Of a stretch of 64,000 nucleotides of DNA, positions 25,870-38,254 are shown piece by piece. Origin of the DNA: Octopus sinensis (lineage: Eukaryota); NCBI RefSeq assembly GCF_006345805.1, contig NC_042999.1, forward strand, positions 63,302,001-63,366,000, given 5' to 3'. How positions within the stretch are numbered: the first letter of the stretch is position 1; each line of letters starts with the position of its first letter. The position numbers were made by a program, and so were the translations under genes. The notes under the pieces were generated by a model. The model saw only the letters and a list, made by a program, of their open reading frames with translations, did no database searches and was not told where the DNA came from.

Positions 25870-26203
25870 GGGAGAAGTCCGAAATGTGGTCCTTTGCTAT
25901 TCGTAAGACCCGCAGAAGAGAAAGCAGGTCAACCACCGACACCAAGAGCATCGATGAATGGATGAATACGCATCCAGGCTCAGCGATTGCGTAGGAAGTC
26001 GGGGACAAGAAACAGGAAGAAAGAGTGAGAGAAAGTTGGAGCGAAAGAGTACAAAAGGGGTCGCCCCCCCCCCCCTGCCAGAGCCTCATATAGCTTTAGG
26101 TGTTTTCGCTCAATAAACACACACAACGCCCAGTCTGGGAATTGAAACTGCGATCCTCTGACTGCGAGTCCGCTGCCCTAACCATTGGGCCATTGCGCCT
26201 CCA
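25870..26203 (-). mobile_element. SINE family 3 head and body joined to an unrelated 3' tail
   Basis: About 26010-26203 matches family 3; about 25870-26008 has no match to other family-3 copies in the window. Confidence 0.7.
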
Positions 26204-26263
26204 CTGCTGCTGCTGCTTATAATAATAATAATGATGATAATAATGATAATAATAATAATAATG

Positions 26264-26308
<45 letters not shown>

Positions 26309-26311
<3 letters not shown>

Positions 26312-26779
26312 TGCCCTGATGCAGTACCAGGCAGTGGCTCTCGTGGCTTCTGATCTTAACTGATAAGGGTACACCAGGCACATGCATCACAACCACATGT
26401 ACGCAACATGATGATCTTATATCAAGATAAACAGTGCATGACCTTGCAGGTGGGGCCCAGTAGCCCATCCCACTCAAAAGGTCCCTGAATAAAGTTTGTT
26501 AAGGATGAACGAAACACCCATGTTTCCAGAGGTGAATTATTCAAACACCAAAGAATTCCTCTCAACACATGGCTATGATGCTCCCTCACTACTTCTGCTT
26601 GTGATCAGAGATGCACATATCGTCAGCCACATGCTCAACTGGTTAAGGTCAAACAACTGACAAGCAAATCTGTGGTATTGAGCAGACTATCTACTGTGGC
26701 CCATCTTTTATACCGATAACACTTCCAATCAGTTAAGATCAGAAGCCATGAGAGCTACTGCCTGGTACTGCATCAGAGC

Positions 26780-26783
<4 letters not shown>
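26309..26783. mobile_element. TAA-microsatellite-associated repeat, copy with 56-bp inverted ends
   Basis: Body is the reverse complement of the 36722-37345 / 63462-64000 family. Arms 26309-26364 and 26728-26783 match at 53/56 positions. Confidence 0.8.
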
Positions 26784-26815
<32 letters not shown>

Positions 26816-27933
26816 TATTATTACTATTATTATTATTTATTTATTTATTTATCTACTTATTTATTTATTTGCTACAAAGGTTTGAAGAGACACAAAATAT
26901 AAAACTGTGAAAAAAAAGAACACATTTGCATATTACAAAAGAGGTGGGTAAAGGACATTATGCAATATATAGAATGACTTATTGATAATATCAAGTTGTA
27001 CACACACTCACACACACATGTATACATACATGTACACACATGCACATACATATCTATGTGTACATGTGCATATTTGCATAGAAATAAAGAGTAGAATATA
27101 ACACACAATAACTAAAACATGATATAAATGATAAAATGAGGGATTTTCTATTTAGGTTCAGTTAGGGTATTCTATGATATTGTTCACTAAACCACTTTTC
27201 AAATTGTGTTTGAGTGCAACCAAATGCACTTGTAAGCATTTTTAAGGTATTTGATACTGAAAAACAACATCTTGAGATTATTTTTTTGCTGTTTAATGGT
27301 TAAGGTGTTTGACTCACAATCATAAAGTTGTGAGTTTGATTCCCAGCATCTAGTCCACTCAGTTGGTGAACATGAGTTGTACTCGTAATTCAAAGGGCCA
27401 ACCTTGTCACATTCTGTGTCATGCTAAATCTCTCCAAAAACTACACTAAGGGTACATTTGTCTGTGGAGTGCTCAGCCTCTTGAACATTAATTTTACAAG
27501 CAGGTTGTTCCATTGATCAGATCAACTGGAAACCTTGTCATCGTAACTGACAGAATGCCAGTATAATGTCTTAATTTTGATTTTAATAGCAGTGACTGAC
27601 AATCTGCAGAGGGAAGCTGAGAACATTTGATAACAGATATTTCTTAGGTAAGCAGTAAAATAAAATAATCCTTATATGGTTGGAGTGGTTACAGCTGTTC
27701 CTGGTTTAGAGTAATAACTGCATTAATTACAAGAGGGAAAAAGCTGTGTGTTACATAGTGGAGGAAAATATACAAACACTCATTAGTCAAATCAATGCTG
27801 CTCAGTATCATCAGAGAGGAAGAAACTGTTAGAAGGAGCCAAAATCATTGCAATATACAGTCAACAATTACGAAGGAAATGACACGGTGCCTTGTAAGCG
27901 AATTTGGAAGATGGAAACTGTGTGAAAGTCTAT

Positions 27934-27964
<31 letters not shown>

Positions 27965-27969
<5 letters not shown>

Positions 27970-28140
27970 AAGAGTTCACAAAAAAAACAAAAGACAAAGA
28001 CAGGTGGTGTAGACAACAAACAGATGTATTAGTTTAATGCTTGGGAAGTGAAAAAGTCTTTAACGTTTCAGGCCTATGCTCTTCTACAGAAAGGAACACA
28101 GAGAGAAACAAGTTGAGAAAATAAAGAATGTGTATTGGCT
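27965..28140 (-). mobile_element. Penelope-like terminal repeat fragment with hammerhead-like motif
   Basis: Reverse complement of 50710-50895; motif at 28058-28093. Confidence 0.6.
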
Positions 28141-28594
28141 AGCAATATACACCTCCATGGTAACTGCAGTGAATTTGACTTTAGCAGTTGAAATATATTA
28201 CAAACATATTTTAACTAACCTAAAGTTTGCTTATGCTTAAACACCTCTTGGCACTGATATTACTGTAATTTTCATGGTCTTGGAAGTCTACTGGTGCAAA
28301 TCAGTCAATGTTATTGACTATATTTTAGCTTGACTAAGTCTGTCCAAAGTTGTCTCTCTTTGGTATTTCCCATTGATGATGGTTAAGAAGCTACAAACAC
28401 CAATGTCTATGAATCCAACAGGTAGCAGCACTGGACAGATATAGTGTTTTTACACCTTTTTTCTACCATAAGAGAGAATTTTTCCTCCACTGTAACTGCA
28501 GTAAATTTGTCTTTATTAGTTGAAATATATCACAAGTATATTTTAAGAAACCTAAAGTTCACTTATGCCTAAACACTGTTTGGAGCTGATGTTA

Positions 28595-28656
<62 letters not shown>

Positions 28657-28659
<3 letters not shown>

Positions 28660-29070
28660 GATGCTGTGAATAAACTGTCATCAAAATTACGCAAAAATGT
28701 ATATAACATTTTAACATATATATTTACCAAAATTACATAAAAAATAATCTTGAAATGTATTCAATAAAACTGCTATTGGCTTCAACCATGGCCTCCAAAC
28801 GATTTTGGAATCTCCTGCATGTACTAAGAGTGATAAAAATCAAACATCCAGTCAGCATCATGGTGTTATTTTCATTGACGAGCAAAGACGCAGAAACTAG
28901 TCTCTGGATGCATGCTTATCTGGGTGGAGGTGCTTATCTCCTTCTTGTAAACATAAGGACACAGGAAATGTGTCAAGGCCGACAGGAAGCGTTGCTGCTT
29001 CCTAGGGCTAAATAGCAGTAGTATGATTCCCTTCATGGGACTGTCACATTAAGTTGACAGTATACAACTA
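28657..29070. mobile_element. Tc1/maT-like rearranged remnant
   Basis: Starts TA|CAGGATGCTGTG. Minus strand encodes TCRRFQNRLEAMVEANSSFIE (C-terminus); plus strand encodes KIKHPVSIMV (central motif). Confidence 0.6.
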
Positions 29071-29107
29071 CTTTATATATATGTATGTATGTATCATAAC
29101 TATAATC

Positions 29108-29900
29108 ATCATCATTTAGCGTCTGCTTTCCATGCTGGCATGGGTTAGACAGCTTGACTGGAACTCATAAGCTGGAGAGCTGTACCAGGCTTGATTTCTA
29201 CTGCTGGATGTCCTTCCCAAAGCCAACCACTCCAAGAGTGTAGTGGGTGCCTTTTACATGTCAACAGCACAGATTCTTTTGTGTCACTAGCACTGGCTGC
29301 AACAACAATTACACTTGGCTTGATGAGTCTTCTCAAGCACAGCATATCGCCAAAAGTCCTGATCACTCGCCATCACCTCCATGAGACCCAGCAAAGATCA
29401 TGTTTCACCACCACATCCCATGTCTTCCTGGGTCTACCTCTTTCACAAGTTCTCTCCACAGTTAGAGATTGGCACTTCTTTACACAGTTTTCCATGTCCA
29501 TATGCACTACATGACCATACCAACTCAGTCATCTCTCTTGTGCTCCACATCTGATGCCTCTTATGCCAAATTTTTCTCTCAACATGCTCACATTCTGTTG
29601 TACATGCACACTGACATTGCACATTCAGCAAAGAATACTAGCTTCATTTCTTTCAAGCATTCACATGTCCTCTGCAATCACAGTCACTGTTTTACTGCCA
29701 TGTAGCATGGCTGCTCACACACAGGCATCACACAATCTACCTTTAAGGCAGAAGCTCTCTGAACTTTACCCAGCTATATTCTTATTCTAGCAGCTAAGCT
29801 CTCAGAGCATCCACCTCCATTGCTGTATTGGCCACCTAAATAATGAAAGCTTTCAACTACTTCTAAGTGTCCCCCACTGGCATTTGTTGGGGTCTATTTT
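29108..29900 (-). mobile_element. RTE LINE 3' remnant (ORF end plus tail)
   Basis: Decayed homologue of 49140-50145, with a (GAT)n tail at about 29108. Confidence 0.75.
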
Positions 29901-30863
29901 CTGTATATTTCTAGTGTTTATTGTACCTGTACATCTGCCTCACACAAAGAACATTTTCTCTATTAACCTTCCTTTGATATTGCTGCACTTCTTATGTGTT
30001 CATAGCTTGCACTGGGTACACCTTATGGAGTTTCTACCTATACCTTCTTCATATCGAGCAGGGCCATTTACCTCAAGGGATTTGTGATTTGTCTGCCTTT
30101 CTACTCACTAAGACTTCAATTTTTGTTGAATTTACTCTAAGGCCCTTTGATTTCAGACCTTGCTTCTATGCCTGAAATTTTTTCTCCAATTCTAGTAGTA
30201 TACACACACACATGCACACGTGTGTGTTTGTCTATGTATATGTATATATGCAGGTGGGTGGGTAGTGTATGTATGTAAATCTATACACCATTTGGCGTTG
30301 GTTTGTTTATGTCTCCATCACCTAGCAGTTTGGCAAAAGGGACTGATAGAATAGGTACCAAACTTTTAAAAAATAAGTATTGGGGGTGCTTTATCTAACA
30401 ATAAAAAAAACCTTCAAGGCAATGCTCTAGTATGGCTGCAGTCCAGTAACTGAAACAAGCAAATAATAAAAGATAAAAATGTTTTCAAATAAATAAACTG
30501 TTTGAATGCAATAAATTCCTCTGGATTTCAATTAACTGAATTAAGCCCTTCTCAAATTGGTTAAAAATAATGCTCAACTCAGAAGCTTTCATCATGTATT
30601 TCGCAATTATATTTTCTTCTAACAGCTGCAACTGAATTCAAATGTAGGTTTATTTTATATATTCTACATATTTATATTTTATATATTCTGCACATTTATA
30701 TATTTTTATATATGAGTTAGTTGCTGAAGCGTCCCACTTCAACAGCCAATTCATAGAAAATGTCAGAATACTTAACTGTAATGGCCACTATGAATATTCC
30801 CCTTAGCTCTTTGACAGGAAATAGTTGACAGTTGTATCAGAGTATGAACAGCTGAATGTACTA

Positions 30864-30965
30864 TAGGGTGTCCGGAAAAGCAACACCTCAATTTTAAAAC
30901 TATTTTATTTATGTAGCCAACTAAATATAAATTTTTATATTGGGTACTACTTTTGGATCACCCTT
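30864..30965. mobile_element. About 100-bp Tc1-derived MITE
   Basis: TA|TAGGGTGTCCGGAAAAG ... CTTTTGGATCACCCTT|TA; termini resemble the 4920 TIR. Confidence 0.55.
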
Positions 30966-30999
30966 TATTTTAGCTGACCAAAACAACAATAACAAAAAT

Positions 31000-31325
31000 T
31001 ACAATCGTTGTCATCATCTTCATCCTCATCATTATTGTCCTCCTCCTCCTCTCCTCTTCGTCCTCATCATCATTGTCATTGTCTTTGTTTTAATCATCTT
31101 TGTCACCATCATCGTCATCATCATCATCTACTACTGTTGCAGGTGACACCACTGATGCTGTTCTGGTCATTGTTATCACCACCAGTGCCACCCCCAACAC
31201 TAACAACACCAACACTGCCACATCTGTCATCATCATCATCGTCTTCGTCGTCATCATCACCACCACCACTGCTACTGCTACCACTGCAGGCAATACTGCT
31301 ACCACCACCACCACCACCACTATCA
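31000..31325. repeat. Cryptic (CAT/CAC/CCT)n trinucleotide tract
   Basis: Directly visible low-complexity triplets. Confidence 0.85.
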
Positions 31326-31457
31326 GAAAAGCCACATTAACCATCTAAATGGTTTCTAGTTACCAGTTGCTATTGTGGCTTGTAATATCTCTTACAAATA
31401 TTCTTAACTTATAATGACCCCTATACATTTCCTCCTAACTTTGTATCACAAATTAAC

Positions 31458-31880
31458 TATAGGCATAGGAGTGGCTGTGTGGTAAGTAGCTATAGGTATA
31501 GGAGTGGCTGTGTGGTAAGTAGCATGCTTACCAACCACATGGTTCCGGGTCCAGTCCCACTGCGTGGCACCTCCGGCAAGTGTCTTCTACTATAGCCTCG
31601 GGCGACCAAAGCATTGTCAGTGGATTTAGTAGACGGAAACTGAAAGAAGCCTGTCGTATATATGTATATATATATGTGTGTATGTCTGTGCTTGTCCCCA
31701 CAACATTGCTTGACAGCCGATGCTGGTATGTTTACGTCCCTGAAACTTAGTGGTTCGGCAAAAGAGACTGATAGAATAAGTACTAGGCTTACAAAGAATA
31801 AGTCCTGGCATTGATTTGCTCGACTAAAGGTGGTGCTCCAGCATGGCCACAGTCAAATGACTGAAACAAGTAAAAGAGTA
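31458..31880 (+). mobile_element. SINE family 1 with 33-bp tandem duplication of its head
   Basis: TATAGG(C/T)ATAGGAGTGGCTGTGTGGTAAGTAGC at 31458-31490 and 31491-31523. Confidence 0.85.
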
Positions 31881-32635
31881 AGAGAGTTGTTGTTGCTGTT
31901 GTTATTGTTGTTTACAGCAGGACAGCTGGTAAGCAAGCTACTTACCACACAGCCACTCAGCAATATTGAGGTGAGGGATAAGTCAATTACATTGACCCAA
32001 GGGTTCAACTGATTCTTGTCTTATCAACCATCAATGGATGATAGAGAATGTCGACCTTGGCATGATTTGAACCTAGAATGTAAAGAGCCAGGAAAATGCC
32101 AACAATGACATCAATAACAATAGCAATAACAATTCTCTGACATTCCCCACTCCTAACTACATGTCTTTTTTTTTTTCTTTTTACTGTTTACATCCAGTTT
32201 TCCAACATAATATGGGTAAACTGACTGGTTTGTGAGAGTAATTGCTTTTTCATATGTATTTTCTCTACACTGCTCAATAGTGAAGCAGGAGTGGTGGAAA
32301 CAATGTTTTGTTGCATTCAGTCAAGCATAGTGGATCATGTACTAAAGTAATGGGTCTCCCTTCAGGGACATTACAATGGTTTGAACTTATGACCATATGG
32401 TTGACAGTAGATGGCCTTTCAGTTATAGGCAGAAGACATGAAATTTGGGGAGTAGATGGCCCTAACCTTCTGCCCATAGCTGTTGTGATTCAATCACAAC
32501 ACAAAAGAACTATGAATAATAATAAAGTGCTAGTATTAACACCACCATCCATAACACCATAGGATCAACAATGAGCCTATGAGAGAAGGAGCCTCTACAT
32601 GACTGCTTTATTTATTTATTATTTATTTATGCACT

Positions 32636-32918
32636 CTTTTCAAGCCTAGCCAGGCTCATGGTCCTGGTTTCCTGGTTTCTGTGGCGTATGTGTCCCCCCC
32701 CCCCAGCTGGACGGGACACCAGTCCATTGCAGCGTTACTCAAGAAACAGGAAGAGAGAGTGAGAGAAATTCGGGGCGTAAGAGTACAACAGGGGTCTTGT
32801 GGAGCTTTAGGTGTTTTTCGCTCAATAAACACACACAACACCCAGTCTGAGAATCGAAACCACGATCCCCCGACCGCAAGTCCGCTGCCCTAACCACTGG
32901 GCCATTGCGCTTCCACTA
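32636..32918 (-). mobile_element. SINE family 3
   Basis: Reverse complement of 18833-19150. Another plus copy at 42018-42287. Confidence 0.85.
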
Positions 32919-33559
32919 CATTACTGCTTTACCTGCCAGAAATAACAGCTGAATTTACCTCCCATCTCAGATCATACTTTACATTTTTAAAAAGGGAAAT
33001 CACATTGGCTAATGCAGTCTGGGCTTGACAATGCTTGAGAAAAAAAACTGGTAGCAAGATAGCATATGACTGTAACGACTTTGATCATTGGTCTGCTCAA
33101 CCAGAACCAACAAGAAGCAAAATATCACCTCATCACCACTACCACCACCACTATCATCATCACTAACAACAATAACAACAAGCTAATGAATGATCCTTTA
33201 CACGATTGTTTGATCTGCTAGAGATAGCTGCCAAATATCCCACAAATCATATTCAACCATTTAGGAAAAAATGGAAGAATGAGTCTGGAAAAATGGGATG
33301 GTCATAGCTGGAATGCCTTTGGAAATAGAGCTGGTTGATCAGGTTTGACATGACTCCACAACTGCAATCTTCAGGTTGTACACAGCCCACACCTATGGAT
33401 CAATGAAACAAATTCACTTCTCACAGCAACTCCAATCCACATCTTTCTGTTATTGCATACATAATCACTTTCAAACTATCAGATATATAACATCTAGATA
33501 CTCAACTATACCCTAAATCAGACATGGGCAATGTTTTTGTGAAGCAGGCCATATAAAAC

Positions 33560-33930
33560 ATGGCTCATCATCAAGTGGCTGCACTAGTAAGAAATTTCCA
33601 TTAGGTGTCCCACTCAGGAAATCTCACTGGCTGTAGTTTGCCCATGGCTGTTTTAGAGACACTACAACACCAAAGAAGATTACTGCTGGGTGATGGAAAG
33701 CTCTTGTAGGTGGAAGTCTTAGCTTGTAGGCTTTCCTGCTAGATACAGTTAAATGCTTTGCTGATTTCAAGGACAACAAGATTTCTTTTGGTAAACTTCT
33801 CAAAGACAAGAGACTACTGATGTACATCAGTAGTCTCTTGTCTTTGGTGGGTCTAGCTCTATGGAAATCATACTGTGTTTACCAAGATGAAGCAGAAGAA
33901 CTGATGCAAGAGGAAATTGTTTAATTGTCT
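33560..33930 (-). mobile_element. Degenerate LINE reverse-transcriptase fragment (CR1/Jockey-like)
   Basis: Minus strand gives QYDFHRARPT (cf. QYGFRxxRST) and VVLEISKAFNCI (cf. ALDISKAFD). Confidence 0.6.
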
Positions 33931-34196
33931 CAATCATCTTTAAGATTTAGTGAGGAAAATGGTTTGATAATTAGCAGGATCAGATAGGATGCTCTTTTTA
34001 GAGAATAGTATATACCATCTTATGTTGCCAAAGCTTGAGATTTATCCCTGTGATGAGAGAAAGAGTTTGGTGAGAACAGGAGTTAATGTATTGGAGTACA
34101 ATATCTGAGAGTGATGCAAGGCCCATCATCAGATTTGATCATCTTGTTTAGTTGGAACTTTGAAGAAATTTCTACATTTAAAGAAAGCAAATTTAA

Positions 34197-34417
34197 CCCT
34201 TTCGTTACCAACCCGGCTGAAACTGGCTCTGGCTCTTTAGTATAAATGTCTGGTTTTCAAAAGTTCTGAATCAAAACCTTCCACCAAACCTTAGTCACAA
34301 TTTATGTCCCTAACTCTAGCTTAATGATAACGATGTTATTTTACTTAATTCTTTGTTATATTTAACATAATTGGAAGAAACACTGAGCATCTCAAAATAA
34401 ATTCAGTAACGAAAGGA
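34197..34417. mobile_element. piggyBac-type MITE (about 220 bp), TTAA TSD
   Basis: TTAA|CCCTTTCGTTAC ... GTAACGAAAGGA|TTAA. Confidence 0.85.
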
Positions 34418-34769
34418 TTAAGGGAAGCTTACTATATTAGGACAAAATAGAGTTTGAAATAAAGTGTGTAGGATATGAGATGGCTTCATCATGAGATGGT
34501 TACTCATAGAAGTGTCTGTAAGGATGGGCTGGTTATAAATTACTTGATGTTAGTGGACTTGGATTGTATGATGAATTTGGAGTCAACATGTTTAAGAGGA
34601 TAGTATTAGTCATTCACTTAAATATCTCAGATAGATCAGAAATGATGCACTTTTGTTATCATGTCAGTATAGAATTGGTAGAGCTTCAAACAGTTATCTG
34701 TCCATGACATATGTTGTGAAATGCCCAGGAAGATATATTTTTATCATTTTATTATTTGTAAAAATTATT

Positions 34770-35203
34770 TTATTTGTTTCAGTCATTCGACTGTAGCCAT
34801 GCTGGAGCACCGCCTTTAGTCGAGCAAATCGACCCCAGCACTTATTCTTTGTAAACCTGGTACTTATTCTATTGGTCTCTCTTGCCGAACCACTAAGTGA
34901 CAGGGATGTAAACACACCAGCATCGGTTGGCAAGCGATGTTGGGGGGACAAACACAGACACACAAACATATACATACATACATATATATATATACATATA
35001 TACATACATACACACACACATTATATATATATATATATATATATATACACGACAGGCTTCTTTCAGTTTCCATCTACCAAATCCACCCACATGGCTTTGG
35101 TCGGCCCGAGGCTATAGAAGATGCTTTCCCAAGGTGCCACATAGTGGGACTGAACCCAGAACCATGTGGTTGGTAAGCAAGCTACTTACCACACAGCCAC
35201 TCC
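34770..35203 (-). mobile_element. SINE family 1
   Basis: Full reverse-complement copy with expanded central microsatellite. Further copies at about 53965-54380 and 54900-55370; half-copies at 37845-38050, 42870-43015, 44225-44450, 45588-45690, 55385-55610. Confidence 0.85.
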
Positions 35204-36145
35204 TATATGTTGACTTTAGACAGCTGTCATCAATACAATGAGCCAGAAACTAAGATGATCAAGTTAGGACTGAACCCAAGACCATGGGGTTAGGAAGCAA
35301 ACCTCTTACTACACATGCACACACATGTACATATGTATATGACAGATTTCTTTCAGCTTCCATCTATCAATTTACTCACAAGGCTTTGGTTGGCCCAGGA
35401 CTTACTCAGAATTGAACCAGTAACCTGTGGCCACACTCGTGCCTATTAGGTATTGTAAAAAGATAAATGGAAAAGGGAAGAGAACGTAGTACATTTTGCT
35501 TGTTCTGAAATGGCTACAGTGACTAAGATCTCAGATCAAGTACATGCTAAACAAGCACAATTCCAAAATCTATTTAATATTTTTCTATTAACTGATTCCT
35601 GTTAAGATGTCTCTGTTAAACTTAGTTCTACAGATGTCTTACGTGCTGTCTCAAATCTATACTTCACTGAAAACTCAGGTTTATTTGAGACTTTGTTTCT
35701 TTTATCATGATTGCACTGTAAAGCATAATTGTGACAAGGATAAACAAGTTATTTATAGGACTGACCAAATAGTATCACTTAATTGGCTTATAAATAAAGC
35801 TTTTTGTTTTGAATTTTCTTATCATTATAAAAGTCAACAAATTTGGATGTAAAAGAGTATAATCAGAGATTACAATGAAAATTACTAGGTTAAAGCAAAC
35901 TAATAGTGCAAAGTTTAGTTAAGTTCCTTAACCATTCAGTAATAATAATGGTTTCAAATTTTGGCAGAAGGCCAGCAATTTTGGAGTTGAGGTACGTCGA
36001 TTACATCAACCCCAGTTTTCAACTGGTATGTATTTTATCAACTCCAGAATGAAAGGCAAAATAAACCTTGGCGGAATTTGGACTCAGAACGTTAAGTTGG
36101 TAGAAATACCACTAAGCAATTTTTCCGTCACACTAACAATTCAGA

Positions 36146-36178
<33 letters not shown>

Positions 36179-36200
36179 TACAATAACAATAATGTTAATA

Positions 36201-36628
36201 ATAGACAAGGTATTAGAGCACCAAAGGCTGGATATAGTAACCTTTAGGAGGGACAAACAAGAGTGCCTAATAATTGACGTGGCAGTGCTAGGAGATCAAC
36301 ACATCATAATGAAAGAAAGAGAAAAAGTTGATAAATATGGAGACCTGAGAATTAAGATCACTAAGATGTGGCAACTACAAGAGTCAAACATAAAGGTTAT
36401 CCCTACTGTCATCGGAGTATTGGGTTCAATACCAGCCAATCTAAAAAATCATCTCAAAACTTTAGAAATACCCTACAATCTAGGTGTATTGCAAAAGTCG
36501 GCATTACTTGGAACTGCACACAAATTGTGTAAAGTACTGTCTGTCTGAGGTTCTTGTTGTGATTTAACAAACAGTACAATCAATATCTTCAATCAACAAC
36601 CTCACAATATTGTATACTGTGTGATGCC

Positions 36629-36630
<2 letters not shown>
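36201..36630 (+). mobile_element. 5'-truncated RLE-type non-LTR retrotransposon (R4/Dong-like) inserted in (TAA)n
   Basis: ORF end HQRLDIV...CLIIDVAV...KEREKVDKYGDL...IPTVIGVLGSIP...LQKSALLGTAHKLCKVL is a PD-(D/E)xK restriction-like endonuclease C-terminus. (TAA)n lies on both sides. Confidence 0.85.
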
Positions 36631-36670
<40 letters not shown>

Positions 36671-36671
36671 G

Positions 36672-36707
<36 letters not shown>

Positions 36708-36721
36708 GTAATAATAATATT

Positions 36722-37345
36722 AACCAGTTGAGCATGTCCCTTAGTGGCTGACGATATGTGCATCTCTGATCACGAGCAGAAGTAGTGGGGAAGCATCGTA
36801 GCCATGTGTTGAGAGGGATTCTTTGGGGTTTGAATAATTCACCTCTGGAAACTTAGGTGTTTCATTCAATATCCTTAACCCTTTAGTGTTCAGATTATTC
36901 TATCAAACATAATGCTTATTGATTCCCATTGATTTGAATTAATCATGCATTATCTCATATCTTCAAGATCTTGATGGTGTAATTACTTAATGTAGAATAA
37001 CATTGTAGGGTAGGTGTGAGAGCCTGGATCTGGTCAGTTTGAACATAAAACAGATTAACTATTTTGGCCGGATATGGCCGGTTTAAATACTAAAGGGTTA
37101 AACAACCCTTATTTAGGGACCTTTTTGTTCGGGATGGGCTACTTGGCCTAAAAGAAATTCTAACTGAGCCCCACCTGCAAGGTCATGCGCTGTTTATCTT
37201 GATATGAGATCACCATGTTGCGCACATTTGGTTGTGATACATGTGCCTGGTGTACCCTTATCAGATGGGTAGCCATGATGGGTATACTGGGCTTTGTATA
37301 TTTACCCCTTTGATGGCATGCTCTGCTCTCTCACTCAATAATAAC
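36722..37345 (+). mobile_element. TAA-associated repeat family, interrupted by a TTAA MITE
   Basis: Colinear with 63462-63830 once 36879-37101 is removed; ends CTCACTCAATAATAA. Confidence 0.75.
36879..37097. mobile_element. piggyBac-type MITE (CCCTTTAG...CTAAAGGG), TTAA TSD
   Basis: TTAA at 36875-36878 and 37098-37101. Related copy at about 52683-52893. Confidence 0.85.
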
Positions 37346-38073
37346 AGTTTTGTAGTGAGACTTAGAATTGAAACCTCACAACCCTGATCATTGCGTCTGG
37401 TCCACATTTGGGTCAGGTGACATGCCCTGATAATTTACCATTCAGCTTACAGTGATGTCATGCCATATAGAACTTAATTGAATGTTCTATGACATTCTTG
37501 CATGCTTTTCTTTGTATTCAAGCAAAAGCTCACCAGGGGCAATGGCAGTGTTTTGACATTCCCACCAGGGAACTCACATTCTCATCTCTTGCTACAAGCA
37601 AGCCAGAGCACAGCCTAGTATAGTAGAAACAATGTAAAGTTTTCCATTGCTGTATCCAGTTAGAAATGAGAGGAACTCTTCTACACTATTACTTAAGTCC
37701 AACTCTTTTCTGCATCTCAAGCTTTATTAGTCATTTCTATGTTCAATTATCATCTCCTGCATTCCCTACCAGCAGTTATTGGATGGAAATTTATATTTAG
37801 TTTTTCAATAAATCTTATAATAAAATGTACAATTATGTCTGTGTCTCTTTTATTCCCTTTTACTTGTTTCAGTCATTTGACTGTGGCCATGTTAGAGCAT
37901 CGCTTTTAGTCGAGCAAATCGACCCCAGGACTTATTCTTTGTAAGCCTAGTACTTATTCTATTGGTCTCTTTTGCCGAACCGCTAAGTTACGGGGACGTA
38001 AACACACCACCATCGGTTGTCAAGCGATGTTGGGGAGACAAACACAGACACAAACATATATACACACACACAC

Positions 38074-38166
<93 letters not shown>

Positions 38167-38254
38167 TATGATGTGTGTGTGAGTGTGCATGTGTGTGTAT
38201 GCTAGTGTATGTATATGTGTCTACATTTAAAATATTAATACATACTTCCATATA

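Noticed and set aside
26340-26370. U2 snRNA-like segment (CTTATCAGTTAAGATC on the minus strand)
   Set aside because: A short chance match created at the fold-back junction; the rest of U2 is absent.
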